Shown here in pieces: positions 12,775-26,308 of a stretch of 64,000 nucleotides of DNA. Below the pieces are notes generated by a model. The model worked only from the letters and a program-made list of their open reading frames with translations. It was not told the DNA's origin and searched no databases. The position numbers and the translations under genes were made by a program. Source of the DNA: Eledone cirrhosa (Eukaryota); assembly GCA_964016885.1 (NCBI GenBank), contig OZ024740.1, positions 254,200,001 through 254,264,000 on the forward strand, written 5' to 3'. How positions within the stretch are numbered: position 1 is the stretch's first letter; every line of letters begins with the position of its first letter.

Positions 12775-13730
12775 GGTGGAACACTGGAAGGTAATATCCG
12801 TAGTGGTAGAGCACTCAGTCCAAGGGACGAGTTAGGTAGAAGTGGTTACACAACAGTTAGTTCACCATACCGAGAACAATTGTTTCACCTTCGCGGATCT
12901 TCAGCTCGGGATGTGTAAGGTTATAGGGTCAGGAAGGACAACCGTACGAACGCGCATACGCAGAAACTCGGTCACTTCACACAGGCAATACTAGACTGCG
13001 TGCGGGGGGTGTAAGGGAGAAAACTGCCAAAGTGCGGAAAGTTTTTAGGTTGAAATAAAATTTAAAAAATTAAAAATAAAATTACAAAGAATCAGTCCGG
13101 AGCCTTGTAGTTATTCAATCGATGTTTGGTGACGTGTGGACAACGTGTGAAAAATTCACTTCTCGTGTTTAGGCACTCACTATTGCGTAATCTCTTTAGG
13201 ATAGTTATTCGTTCGTCGATACATAAGCCACACGTCGGATTTCCCCTTGCGTATGGCTTGGACTTAGTGATGGCTTTCCATTGAATGGAATAGCCTCTAC
13301 TTGAGTCCTTGAGGCACCATACGTAGCTCACGAGTTTCGTGGATGAACGTCTGTCCGGGTATCTGAAGGTAGACTGATGGTTCAGGAAACGCTCCTTGAA
13401 TCGGCCCTCCGACATGCCCACATAGGATTTGACCTCCTGTGGTTCGTTTGGTCGGTTGGAAGTGACCACAGCTTCAGAGATTACAGCTGGTGTGTTGCAT
13501 TGCTGTTGAAGGGGACAAGCTTCAGGCTTACGGCAAGAGCACCCTGGTGGGGTGTTGCTCCTAGGGCTGCTGGTGATGTGGGCCTTCATGTTCTTAGCTC
13601 AGGAGTATCGTAGTTTAACTTTGTGTCGGTTAAAGATGGAGCGGTATTTATGACATATGGGGAAGTGTCTATCTAAGAGGGCTAGAAACTTTTTTCCTAC
13701 ATTGGTTTTAACGTTGAGTGAGAAGGGGGG
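12775..13730 (-). mobile_element. Penelope-like element, 5'-truncated (thumb, CxC linker, GIY-YIG)
   Basis: [17 protein letters not shown]...IFNRHKVKL; CSCRKPEACPL; SYVGMSEGRFKERFLNH; CGLC..E; CPH. Confidence 0.9.
12870..12909 (-). ncRNA. Minimal type-I hammerhead ribozyme motif
   Basis: ccgag-CTGAAGA-tccgcgaaggt-GAAA-CAATTG-TT-ctcgg; stem I ccgag/ctcgg; palindromic stem III. Confidence 0.75.
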
Positions 13731-13732
13731 AG

Positions 13733-15120
13733 AGAACTGTAATTGTAGGAATCGGGTTGACTGCCCCCTATTCGGGAAATGCCTCTCCAATAACATTGTC
13801 TACAAATGTAAGATCGAAACACCCACGTCCCGTAGGGCCTAGATAGGGTTAACCGCCAATAGATTCAAGCAGTGTCTTTACATGCACACCCATTCTCTTC
13901 TTAACCCTTTAAGAAGGAATATGACGTCACTTTCAGCTTAAATCTGGAGTCTAAAAGACAACCACACCCAATATAGGTTACACTGGGAGATCCTTGCTAA
14001 GGCTAGATCGTATAATGGAAATAAAAGACCATGTGATCTTTGCGCCGCTGAAGCCTTGGAAATACTATACGCCAATGACCACATCTTAAACAAAAAATCT
14101 GAGGCAATTTCGGCTTGTAAACATAAATTGCATAACAATTTCCTGTATTACAACCCAACATTATACCCTAACAGATAGTACGAACAATACGCGGATAATT
14201 TACGTCTTGATGTGGTAGCTAAGTATATTTTATGTTTATACCATTACTTATTTGCATAGGTAAGTATACCTTACCAGTATGTTTTGTGAAGGTACGTATA
14301 CTTTCTCGTACGTATTTTTGCTTGTATTTGTTATAGGTGTATATATTATATATATACTGGTATGTGTATATTTGGTTATGTGTATATGTGTATTTTGTGT
14401 TTGTGAGTGTATGCGTGTTTGCACGTATGTAAGGTGTGTATATGTGTACTTTGTGTTTTGGTTGACGTAGTTTAGTGAACATATGTGTATTTACCTGTAG
14501 GTATGTGTGTGCGTGCGTTATATACGTATTTATGTGTGTATATTTATATACGTTTATAATTATATGTATACACACACACATATATATTTTTTATATGTAT
14601 TTGGTGTATACGTTCGTATGTGTGCGGGTACAGGTGTCATGCGGGTTTATGTATGTGTGCGCGTGTTTATGTGTACGTGCTTGTATATGCATACCATGGC
14701 GTTTTCGCGTATGCATGTGTATGTACGTTGGATGCGTGTATATATTTAATTATTGTTGATATCAATAGCCTCTGTCATTTTCGTTTTACTAATTTATTTA
14801 CATTATTCTTAACTCTGAAGCCGAGAATCATTCGGTTTCCTAAATAGAATATTAGTCTACGACTTCATTTATACCATAAACGTGGTTTTGTCTTTGCGTG
14901 TAATTGTTCTCATCGATCCACATAATGACGTATTATCTTCGCTTTTTTCCGTTCATTGCCAAGGAACGTCTTCACGAACCAAAGTATTGTCTTCCTGTTT
15001 TCCTTCGGTTGCAACGTTTCTCGAAATATTTACTTCTGCGTTCAGAGATTGATTTTTTTTTAGTTTCAGGAGATCCCGTTAAGGGTGAAAGCAGCGATTC
15101 TTTGCTTAAACTTTAACCTG
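13733..15120 (+). mobile_element. Second Penelope-like element (GIY-YIG remnant to ~14170 plus 3' tail)
   Basis: [25 protein letters not shown]...IGLTANRFK...CDLCAAE...ACKHK; extent of the tail uncertain. Confidence 0.8.
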
Positions 15121-15369
15121 TTATTTAATAAATAAATATATATATATAAATCTACATACATATATACATATATACATACATGCATTTACGTATGTATATA
15201 GCTATACATTTATATATGTGTATATATGCATGCTTTTATATTTAAGGATGTTGACATGATTTATGTTTTTTTGGTAAGGAGAGAATTTCGTCTCCAGATT
15301 TTATTACCTGGGTTACCACAGTTTTTCAACCTCATCAAACACCAACGCCGGCCTGTGTGTGTATATATG

Positions 15370-15476
15370 TGTATGTATGTATGTATGTATGTATGTATGT
15401 ATGTATGTATGTATGTATGTATGTATGTATGTATGTATGTATGTATGTACGTATGTATGTATGTATGTATGTATGT
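15370..15476. repeat. (TATG)n microsatellite
   Basis: Direct reading. Confidence 0.95.
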
Positions 15477-15900
15477 ACAAGTATACACCCACACCTTTCA
15501 TCACCATTGCTTCTTTTTCTTGTCATTTCTGTTGAAGTTGTTCTTGTAACTGTTGTCATAGTTGACCTTGCCCTTATTTTCATTTTCTTTGATGTCTTTC
15601 GTTTTTCTTTTATCTCCCGAGGGAATTCGTTGATAAGCTTCTTTTATTTATTTTCTTCGTTTTCTTCATTCAAATGCATTCACACTGGCTGTCTCAGACA
15701 CGTGCAAATATGGCTTATAAAATTTAAGTAAAGAGCCTTCCAGCATCCTCCAGAGCTTCAAATGTCCCCCTAACGCCCCCTTGCTCCAAAACGTCCGCTG
15801 GAGCTCCGAAACGCCCCCCGTTGAGAACCTTTGATATAGATCTTTCTGGATTCGTTCTACCTTTCTGTCAGCCTAAGGTTTATCTGTAATGTAACCCTTT

Positions 15901-15981
<81 letters not shown>

Positions 15982-16189
15982 AGTTCGTTTGGTCATATTT
16001 GTTTATCTTTCGTTTTTCCGTTGGAAATATTTGTCCTAAGGTCCCTTTTAGTGTGATTTAGTTTTATTCATATTTATTGTTTGAAAATAACGATTGAAAA
16101 TATGCTTCATCTCCTGAAGTCACCCATTTCCCTCACGCCCACCCCCACGTACCACCATAGTTATTTGGTCCAATCAAAACTCAGCGGTT

Positions 16190-17720
16190 TGAAATGAAAT
16201 GAAATAAAATTTATTAAATGAAATTATTGTGTGCGGTGCTCAGGTGCACTACAAACCATCAAAGGTGCATGTATAGTACATAGAATAATGTCAGGAAAGT
16301 GAACAGGGCATGAGTCATGATATACATGTGTGCGTGTGTATGCAGGGGGAATATCAGGTGTAGTGTTTGCGAATTTTATCAAGCATGGAGGTTTGAAAGG
16401 ATGCAGTGTCCCGGCAGCTAGTCCCGGCAGGTAGTTTGTTCCATGCTTCAGCAACTCTGAAAAAATGTTTCCGAAAGTCATGGGAGCTGTGCAGCTATTA
16501 AGCTAGTAAGACTGGTTGGACAATAGTTGACAGACGACGTGCGGTCACCCTTTTTGAACAGAGGAATGACACTGGCAGTTTTCCACTGCTCTGCAGTAAC
16601 ACCATTGTTTAGACAGGATTGAAAGAGTGAAAGCTGGTGCAGAAGAAAGTACCCCCCATGTTTGAGAAGCAGTCACGTAACACCATGAAGACCAGGAGAG
16701 GCATAATTGCGCTTGTTCTTAAGGTGACGTCGCAGCATTGTAGGTGTAAATTCCATAGTTGTGATAGAATTTGATGTCAGAAGTGGTGGAGATGGTACGT
16801 TTTGGTTTTCAACAGTAAAAATGCCTGCATGACATTCAGCAATGAGTTCTGCGCATTCTTTGGGATCGTCGGTAATCTGGCTTGTGTGGGGATTGCGAAG
16901 AGGACCAACTGGAGAGTGAAGTCACTGCTTTAAATGTATATATTTCCAGAACACTTTACTGTCAGGGTTGGTGGCTATGCGCTGTTCAAATTCAAGCACA
17001 GCCTTTTTTGTTACCTGCTTGAGATAGTTAGATGATATATTGCACATTTTTCTATTAATATTTTATCTATGCAGTTTGTATTCCCGTTCAGCATTACGAC
17101 ATTCTTTCCTGGAAAGTCGGACAGCTGCAGTCTCCCAAATTGCACTTTGGGGATGTTTTTTGTGCTTACATGGTACTGATGCTGCACATGCTGTCCATAT
17201 TTAGTTCAGGATGTTCTGAAGTATTGTGTTCACATCTCCAGAGACGTAGAATTCAAGCCAGTTTGGGTGCTGTAGCTCTGTGCAGTAAGAGTTTCAGTTT
17301 GTTTTATCCCAGCCAAAGCGAGCAGTTTGGAGATGGTTGTGGTTTTTGCTGCTGCCCATAAGAGACAGATTGGCAATAATCATAGCAAGATCAGAGTCAC
17401 CTAAGGTTCCTCAGTAGTGACACTAATAACCGTTTCAGGACTAGTGGTAAAGAGCAGATCCAAAGTGTTGTCAAGTAGACCATCACACCACCACCACAAT
17501 GATTAATGCGGTTTTTGTGAAACAAGTTGCAGCCAGCTATGCTAAAAACCACACCACAGAGTAAAGAATGTGCCATGTTTCCGTGACTCTAATGAAATTG
17601 GGGTCGATAATTTTTACGTAAGAATCAAAAAGATGTATCTTGTTGCATAAACTACGAGCATTTAAGGACAATAATTTGTACCTTGATTTCAGTTTATGAT
17701 GATGTATAGGGAATGGCAGG
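16190..17720 (-). mobile_element. CR1/L2-type LINE, internally deleted
   Basis: APE motifs LNARSLCNK...VTETW, NTLDLLFT and LGDSD; RT N-terminal remnants; (ATTTC)n-like 3' tail at 16190-16225. Confidence 0.75.
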
Positions 17721-17821
17721 TTGTTCTGATTTAGTTTCCTAAGGTTTATAATAAGGTTTATAACTTTGCCTTTCATCCTTACCAGTAATGTATTGAGTAA
17801 TTGCTAATCTTGTGCCAAAAG

Positions 17822-18650
17822 GTCTCCATGCGCATCACATCCATACCATCTCAGCCTTCTCTCCTGCACACCATAACTTATCTCTCTTATACCCAGTTTC
17901 TTTCTTAACTCGTCTATGCTTGATCGTTCACGCACATTGACATTTCACATCCAACGGAGCATACTTGCTTCATTTCTCTCCAGCCGTCGCATATCTTCTG
18001 CAGTTGCTGCCCATGTCTCGCTACGATGCAGCATCGCGCATCTCACACAGGCATCATATAACCGTCCTTCCGTACGCAGGGAGAAACCCTTCTTTGTCAA
18101 CAGCAGCTCCCTAAACTTCTTCCAACCTGTCCTTATTCTAGATACTATGGCCTCGGAACACCACCCTCCCATGCTAATCTGATCACCAAGGTACCGGAAG
18201 CTATCCACCACTTCTATAGCACCCACCTGTATTGGAAAAATGTGTCACTGCGATTACTACTGCCAACTTTCCCTGTACATCTACTGCTTACATAGTTTTC
18301 CCTACCTGTTAGTTTGCCTGCTATTCCACTACATCTCTTGTGTATACAAGATCTGCATGGCGTACATTTTATGGAATTTATGCCAGTTCCTTTCTTACAT
18401 ATCGAACATGGCCATTTCCCTGATGGAATCAGAGTATTGTCCTCTCTTTTACTTATCAACACTTTTGTTTTAGCTATGTTCACTCAGAGTCCTCTTGATT
18501 CCAACTTCTGTTTCCATAGCCAGAATTTATTCTCTAGCTCCTCTACTGATCCTGTTATAAGAACCAGATCGTCAGCATAGAGAAATTCCCATGGCCATCC
18601 AGTCTTAAACTCCTCTCTTATGGCTTGGAGGACTATAATGAACAAGAGCG
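17822..18650 (-). mobile_element. RTE-like LINE RT/C-terminal fragment
   Basis: PLLFIIVLQAI...EFLYADDL; KWPCSICKKG..C..C..HKRCSG; FRYLGD. Confidence 0.9.
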
Positions 18651-18833
18651 GGGTAAAACCATACGTATATATATATATATATATGTGCATGTATGTATAT
18701 ATATACATACTACTGTACGTCTGTACACATATGTATGTACGTATACATACTTACATTTACGTATCAACCGTACTAAGAGTGAGAAATGAAATTTCGTTTC
18801 ATTCTTATTCTTTTCCATATATATATATATATA

Positions 18834-18883
<50 letters not shown>

Positions 18884-18888
<5 letters not shown>

Positions 18889-19568
18889 AGTATAGAAATT
18901 ATTGTGAGCAAGAAGCCAACAGTATTTCATAGTATATAAGTGACTATAGCGTCAAAATGGAAAAATAGCTAACGTAAGATGTGGGGAAATAATTCAAACT
19001 CAATTCAAAAAGAATCAGGACATAGATTCATCCACAGAATTTAGTGAAATCCAGGGAAAAATCAATAAAGCCTTAATTCATGATAAAATAAAGTTTAAAA
19101 TACTCATCCTTCAATTTGGAAAAACTACAAATGCTCTGTATAGTCTTAAAAAAGACTATTTCACGAAACTTACAGTGGGGATGGTCACGGTTGGAGTCAA
19201 TCATCAGCAGAGCTCAAAGACACGATAACCAAAGTACCACTGTTTATAATATGCCAAAAAGGGAATTTCAAATCAGGCTAGTTCAACATCACGCGTAATT
19301 ATGAAAATAAACGCACATGTAGAGACAGGGCTGGTGACGTCAGAATGAGATAAATGTCTGTTTACATGAAATAACAGTCAAAAACATTCCGAAAAAAACT
19401 CTACAATATAAGGAGTTCAGCAAAAAAGCAATATTATCGCGGTTTTAAAAAAAAAAAGACCGGGATTAGTCACAAATAATGTTAAGCACTCTAGGAAAGA
19501 AATCCGAATATAAATATAAATGAAAAGTATAAAAATTATTGTGAGCAAGAAGCCAACAGTATTTCATA

Positions 19569-19575
<7 letters not shown>
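18884..19575. repeat. (TA)n-flanked non-coding element with ~55-bp terminal direct repeats
   Basis: atgaaaagtata.aaattattgtgagcaagaagccaacagtatttcatagtatata at 18883 and 19520. Confidence 0.75.
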
Positions 19576-19606
<31 letters not shown>

Positions 19607-19610
<4 letters not shown>

Positions 19611-20060
19611 TCATTAGTTAAGCAAAACAAGACCACAAATTTCACAAGGAAGACATTATTAAAAGATTGTCAACATATTTTAGTTTGATGTAAGGAATGT
19701 AGAGAATAATAATAATATTAATAATAATAATGTCCGTTTACAATTGTTTCGTTACTCCATATAATATTTCTGGATCAAATGACTATATATCATTATTGAC
19801 CTGATTCAGTTGAAAATAATTAACATATTTAAAGACAGAGTGGCTCATCGGAACTTCAAAGGAATATAAATCAAAATAAGGAAATAATGTTACATAATGT
19901 AATGTTCCATATATTGGTATTTCACTATGGTGTCCTGGGTGTATCAATTGTCTGCATTGTGTGAGATCTGCCTATCATCAAACAAAAATATGTTGACAAT
20001 CTTTTAATAATGTCTTCCTTGTGAAGTTTGTGGTCTTGTTTTGCTTAACTAATGAATATT
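19607..20060. repeat. PLE-like non-coding element with ~85-bp inverted arms and a degenerate hammerhead
   Basis: 19607-19690 is the rc of 19976-20059; minus strand CCGATGA...GAAACAATTGTA at ~19736-19855. Confidence 0.7.
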
Positions 20061-20229
20061 TCCAGCTCTGCGCGCCTAACTTCTGCATGAACCCACCCAC
20101 CTAGCCGCTTTCTACTGCATATTGCACATTGAGCACATGCCTTTACGCTTTGGCTTCTAACTAATTCACCAATCTCTCCTCTCCTATCTCCATCTCTCTC
20201 ATTAAGATTGGTTACTCTTGAACTGTATA

Positions 20230-20323
<94 letters not shown>

Positions 20324-20329
20324 TATATT

Positions 20330-21135
20330 CGTGTACAGATATTTTTGCATACACAAAAGCAAAATATAAACAAAGGTATTTATTTCACGAAAGCGCAGAC
20401 GGCTTATCGTCATTGTTACTGCCGATATGCCACCCAAGATCAGATTTTCCAGAAGAAAAAATGTTACTAGAGCAACAGAGAGACTAAGCTTCGCGATTAC
20501 CATCAACAAAGCTCAGGGTCAAACCCTAAAAGAAACCTACAATGAAAGAACATCTTAAAGTTTACCCAAGCCAAATGATGTATTTATTAACATTTCTATC
20601 TGCAGATTCTTAGCAAGCTTACTGGCGCTTTAGTATGGTATTCAATTCTCATATCCTTTTTTATTGATATGATGCATATATCGCAGCTATTCATATGTTT
20701 TAAACATTAGATAACGATTGCTGATGTATATTGTACGACAGAATTAGCTGAAAAATATTTTGAATGGATAAATAAAGGAGATATAAAAGAGAGATGTTTG
20801 TTGGTTTGTTCCTTCACGTATCACACGAAAAAAATGAAAAGTGACAATCGGAAAGTATGTACAGGATTGGGATAAGAGTATATCCAGGAAAGTTTATTGA
20901 TACTAATTTTATAACACCAAAGAAGAAGAAAGACATACCACCTGACTGCTATTTCTAGCAGGTTGGGAATCAACCATAAGTTCGTTGTCAGTGATGATCG
21001 TGTTTCGCGGCCTATGTCTCCTATTCCAACGGTGGTTTACACACACACACGCACACGCGCACGCACGAACACAGGCACACACATACACACACATATATAT
21101 ATACACACACACACGAACACACACACACGAACACT

Positions 21136-21201
<66 letters not shown>

Positions 21202-21337
21202 AACACACACAAACATAAACACACACACAATACACACATACTGTAAACAAGACAATGCATTCAATACAGACATTTTCTCTTCTGCCGGTCTTCTCTTACC
21301 ATTTGTTAACCTTGGCGAAGCTGGGAATCTCAGCTAG
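20330..21337 (+). mobile_element. Helitron remnant
   Basis: FAITINKAQGQTL (Pif1 helicase motif) at ~20490-20530; 3' ggcgaagctggg hairpin and CTAG|T at 21334-21338. Confidence 0.75.
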
Positions 21338-21358
21338 TATATATATAATAAACATATA

Positions 21359-21430
<72 letters not shown>

Positions 21431-21758
21431 ATACTTGGGGAGGGTCATATTGTTGTAATAATATTGCCAGAACACACTCACTGTTTGGTTGATTTTCGCT
21501 TCTGTATCTTTTATATCAGTTAATTTATTCCGTTCTCAATGTTTCCCATTGACTGACCAACGGTCAAAATTACAGATATAATATAGACACAAACACATAT
21601 ATATGTCTAACAAAGTTCTTTCGTTGCACGCCAGACAACAACATGACGGTAACATAGACAACATAGAAATTAAAATAATATCTAAACATAGAAATGACCC
21701 AGCAGATAGGCAAATCAGCCAGGCCAGTGAAATAGAACTTAGAAGGCTGAGGATCCGA

Positions 21759-22498
21759 TAGCGATATATATATGAATGTATATATAGTGTATTTTGCAAT
21801 ACACTGTATGCTTAATTAAAAGCATTTTGAAGACCTTACACTATTGTTTTAAAGTAGTGACTATATATATATCGCTATTTCAGAGCACCAATTCTAATTT
21901 TCAATTTTTGCTGAACCGGCAACCGCTCTGTATAATCAGTTCCTGATTATTACTGGAATTCTATAAGAATCCAACATTCATAATATTCAGAAAACAAAGG
22001 GAGTGATAAGCTCTGAGGAGTATCAACAGTACAAAACAGAGATCTGTCAGCTTATCTCCCTTTGTTTGCTGAAAAAAGAAGTAAGTGACATAGTCACTAC
22101 TTTAAAACAATAGCGTAAGGTCTTCAAAAATGCTTTTAATTAAGCATACAGTGTATTGCAAAATACACTATATATACATTCATATATATATATCGCTATT
22201 TCAGAGCACCAATTCTAATTTTCAATTTCTGCTGGACCGGCGACCGCTCTGTATAATCAGTTCCTGATTATTACTGGAATTCTATAAGAATCCAACACTC
22301 ATAATTTTCAGCAAACAGGAGGGGTAGTGAACTTTGATAAGTACCAAAAAGTACGAAACAGAGCTCTGTCAGTTTATCTCCCCTGTTTGCTGAAAATTTA
22401 AATAAGTGACATTGTCACTATTTTAAAACAATAGCGTATGGTCTTCAAAATGCTTTTAATTAAGCATACAGTGTATTGCAAAATACACTATATATACA

Positions 22499-22502
<4 letters not shown>
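21759..22502 (+). mobile_element. Retrozyme-like non-autonomous PLE: inverted 5' piece plus two 321-bp tandem units, each with a hammerhead
   Basis: cgctatttcagagcacc at 21873 and 22194; 21759-21863 is the rc of the unit end; HHR motifs at 22009-22052 and ~22330-22374; ends in (TA)n. Confidence 0.8.
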
Positions 22503-22555
<53 letters not shown>

Positions 22556-22561
<6 letters not shown>

Positions 22562-25135
22562 TAATAAAAACAATGAATAAAAACAAAGAAACAGTTCCTT
22601 ATATTTAAAAATTCATCATTTTACGATCGTTTCTAGGATATATATGTGTGTGTTGGTATGCATATCATATAGATCTATGTAAAAATTTTACAAACTATCA
22701 GAGAGAATATACATACTTACACATATATATGCTGTCTTCAGAAATAATGATATTTGTTTATTGAAAAAAAAAAAAAATTTTATATAATAGGTCTGTTTGG
22801 GAACAGGTTTTGAATTGATCAATAGAAAAGTAGTATGTGATCAAGTTGATATAATAGAAGTAGTAGAAATTTAAGGGTAGAGGAATGCAGACTTTAGTTT
22901 TGAATGGAAAGAATACTTTGAATGAAAAGATTACTTTGGGGATAAAAAGAGGTCAATCCAATCACCCTAGATCTATCCTTAAAAACCTAGCATATAATAT
23001 CTCACTCAGAATTTCTAACCTTTCATCTAACCAGGATGTATTCGATAAAAATGCGACCTTTTATAACAAAGCTTTAGCTTGAAGAGGCCACAAAATCAAA
23101 TTAGTCTAAATACCTTGTACCAATAATACTACAAACATACAACCCAATATTACCAACAAACACCAAATGAAAAATACACACCTAAGTGCCACTCACACTA
23201 TACCCAAAAATACCAACTTAAAACTTAATTTCTCTACCTCTTCTCACATACAATATAATAACTTTCAAAAAACCATTCATGCTAATACTCCAATATATGT
23301 TAATAACATTACTAACAAAATTCCTAATAATCAGACTAAAACACCTAAATAAGTGAATCTAACTAAACCCATATATAATAAATTCACTAATACTAACTCT
23401 CTTAGTAAACATCAGGATACATCGTATAAAAATAAAAAAACAGCATCGAAACCGTAATAGACGAGTTACTTGGTATAATGCTCCATTTAATCTACAAATT
23501 AAAGATAATATCCCTAAAAAAATGTTTAGTATCCTAGAGAAAAACTTCTCGCCAAACCATAAATACCATCAAATTTTAAATAGATCAACAGTCAAATTCT
23601 CCTACTCCACTACCAAAAATATACAACAAAATATAAGTGCCTACAATGCATATAACTGTAAAAAAAACATGAATATACCACCAACACATCAAACTAACCA
23701 TAATACTAAAATAAACCGCAGCAAACCACCATCTCCTTCACATACAACAAGTCGAGTAAATTCCACACCTAATTTGACTAACTCCCCTGATATAATATTC
23801 ACGAATGGTTGTAACTGTAGAAACAAAGCAAATTTCCCATTAAAAGGAAATTACCTTATTAATAACATAGTATATAAATGTAAAATTGGCACTAAGGACT
23901 CAACTTATTCATATATAGGAGCTACTTCTAACCAATTTAAAGTAAGATTTAATACCCAGAAACACAGTTTTAAAAATGCCGCATTAGCTAATACAACATC
24001 CTTGGCTGAAATAATTAATAATTATAGAAAAAAGAATATCGATTATAACCTGACCTGGAGTGTGCTCAAAAGGGCCACCCCTTATCAAAATAACAGATAT
24101 GAGTGTAGATTATGTTCCCAGGAACTTATGAAATGATGAAATCTAAGGATATCCTATTAAATAAGCGACAAGAATTAATTATATCGTGCAATCATAGAAT
24201 TAGAAGAACTTTCAAATATTATAAACCTAATTAATATACACTTATATTTTACAAATTATTATAATTAGTTTTCTTTAATTTAGTTAACCTATAATTAGTA
24301 TTTTACTACTGAGAACTTCATAATTTTATTTCCCTTTTACAGCTATCTTTTCCTTCGTTTTTAACAACATTCTTTAATAACATCTAACTCTTATTTATCA
24401 CATCTATATGAATTAATATAAATTTATCCCTATAAGTATACCTATCAATTAAATTAATTTAATTTCTTTTTATAGATCTAAATTCCTTGTGTTTTAAATA
24501 AGATTGGTATTTCTCACTAACACATTTACCCTAAAATTTTATTCTCCTTCGATTTTAACATTAGCATTATTCTTTAATAACATCAAATTTTCGTGTACCT
24601 TTCACCGGCTTGACCTCTTTTCACCCCCAAAGTAATCTTTTCATTCAAAGTATTCTTTCCATTCAAAACTGAAGTCTGCATTCCTCTACCCTTAAATTTC
24701 TACTACTACTATTCTATCAACTTGACCACATACTACTTTTCTATTGGTCAATTCAAAACCTGTTCCGAAACAGACCTATTATATTAAATCTTTGTTGGTT
24801 TTTTTTAATAAACAAATATCATTATTTCTGAAGACAGCATATATATGTGTAGGTATGTATATTCCCTCTGATAGTTTGTAAAATTTTTACATAGATCTAT
24901 ATGATATACATACCAACACACACATATATATCCTAGAAACGATCGTAAAATGATGAATTTTTTTAATATAAGGAACTGTTTCTTTGTTTTTATTCATTGT
25001 TTTTATTAATTTATCTTGACTCTGTTTTCCTGTGATTTTCATCGAAAATATTTTTGAATACATCTTCTCTTTTCATGATATTTGGATTACATTGAGTTCT
25101 TCATACGGCTTGGACTACCGTATATTTTGGTAGAT
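22556..25135 (+). mobile_element. Penelope-like element with inverted pseudo-LTR (arms 22556-22956 / 24610-25014)
   Basis: SNHPRSILKNL...; WYNAPFN; CNCRNK..NIVYKC; SYIGATSNQFKVRF; CRLC; flanked by (TA)n. Confidence 0.9.
24819..24956 (+). ncRNA. Type-I hammerhead with ~100-nt extended stem II (inverted copy at 22613-22750, minus)
   Basis: tcattattt-CTGAAGA...GAAA-CGATCG-TA-aaatgatga; 9-bp stem I with one G-U pair. Confidence 0.75.
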
Positions 25136-25138
25136 TTA

Positions 25139-25237
<99 letters not shown>

Positions 25238-25256
25238 TTTATATATATAAAAAATA

Positions 25257-25343
<87 letters not shown>

Positions 25344-25344
<1 letters not shown>

Positions 25345-25517
25345 GTATCGTTGGGGGGTCAGATGCCGTGCTTTCCAGCATAGTTACGTCCCTTTACGGT
25401 CTGAGTTCAAATCCCATCGTGGTTAACTTTGCCTTTCATCCGTGCGGGGTCGATAAAATAAAGTAGCAGTAATGTACAGTTAATTGCTGGCCTTGTGCCA
25501 AAAGTAGAAACAATTAT
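25344..25517 (+). mobile_element. tRNA-derived SINE
   Basis: Same family as 27290-27482. Confidence 0.85.
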
Positions 25518-25979
25518 ATATATTATATATATATTATTATATTATATATATATATATATATGTGTGTGTAAATAACACGTGACAACGAAATGATTGAAGG
25601 TTGTCTGTTGTAGCGGTCGCATGGAGTTTAAGCTCACACCCGTTTGAGGCAAAAGAACGAAATGCCAGTCGATGAAGTAAGTCCCCTGTTCGATCATGGA
25701 ATACCACAAGCTTGCGTGTTACGCAAGTGGGATTTATGGTGACGGATTCATAGAAACATATCGGACGTATTGCAGAATATCGTTCGAGCTGTCCAGGTCT
25801 GTTGTTTTAACCTCATTAGTTCTTTCGTTGATTTGGTACTGTATGGTTGGGTTTTGCCTACCGCAATTTTCAATTTTGCTTTGCTACTCATTCCTTATTG
25901 TAGGTCGACTTTGCTTGGCCACAGCCAAAGCTTCGATTTTACTAAGCTTCCACTTCTATATATATATATATTATATATA

Positions 25980-26167
25980 TAATTGTTTCTACTTTAGGCA
26001 CAAGGCCAGCAATTACCAGTGCATTACTGGTACTTTATTTTATCGACCCCGTAAGGATGAAAGGCAAAGTCAACCTCGGCGGGATTTGAACTCAGATGGT
26101 AAAGGGACGTAACTACGCTGGAAAGCATGGCGTCCGACCCTCTACCGATACTGCCAATCCACCGCCC
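25980..26167 (-). mobile_element. tRNA-derived SINE, full length
   Basis: ggcggtggattggcagtatcggtagag (A-box)...gagttcaaatccc (B-box)...core...AT-rich tail. Confidence 0.88.
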
Positions 26168-26238
26168 TAATATAATATATAATATATATATATTATTATA
26201 TTAGAAGAAATTAAAAGATGATTAAAAATGTTCCATAT

Positions 26239-26308
26239 ATTTTATTATGCGCATTTCAAAAACAAATATCATCCTGGGACGATAGTTGCGTTCTCATCAA
26301 ATAAAATA
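26239..26308 (-). ncRNA. Degenerate hammerhead in pLTR (second copy 33041-33110, plus)
   Basis: Consensus tattttat-CTGATGA...GAAA-TGCGCA-TA-ataaaata; each copy carries a different core mutation. Confidence 0.65.

Noticed and set aside
23070-23090. In-frame TGA in a PLE ORF as possible selenocysteine (reported for some Naiad PLEs)
   Set aside because: It is not at a conserved Cys position, the ORF has other stops and frameshifts, and the CxC/CxxC motifs use normal codons
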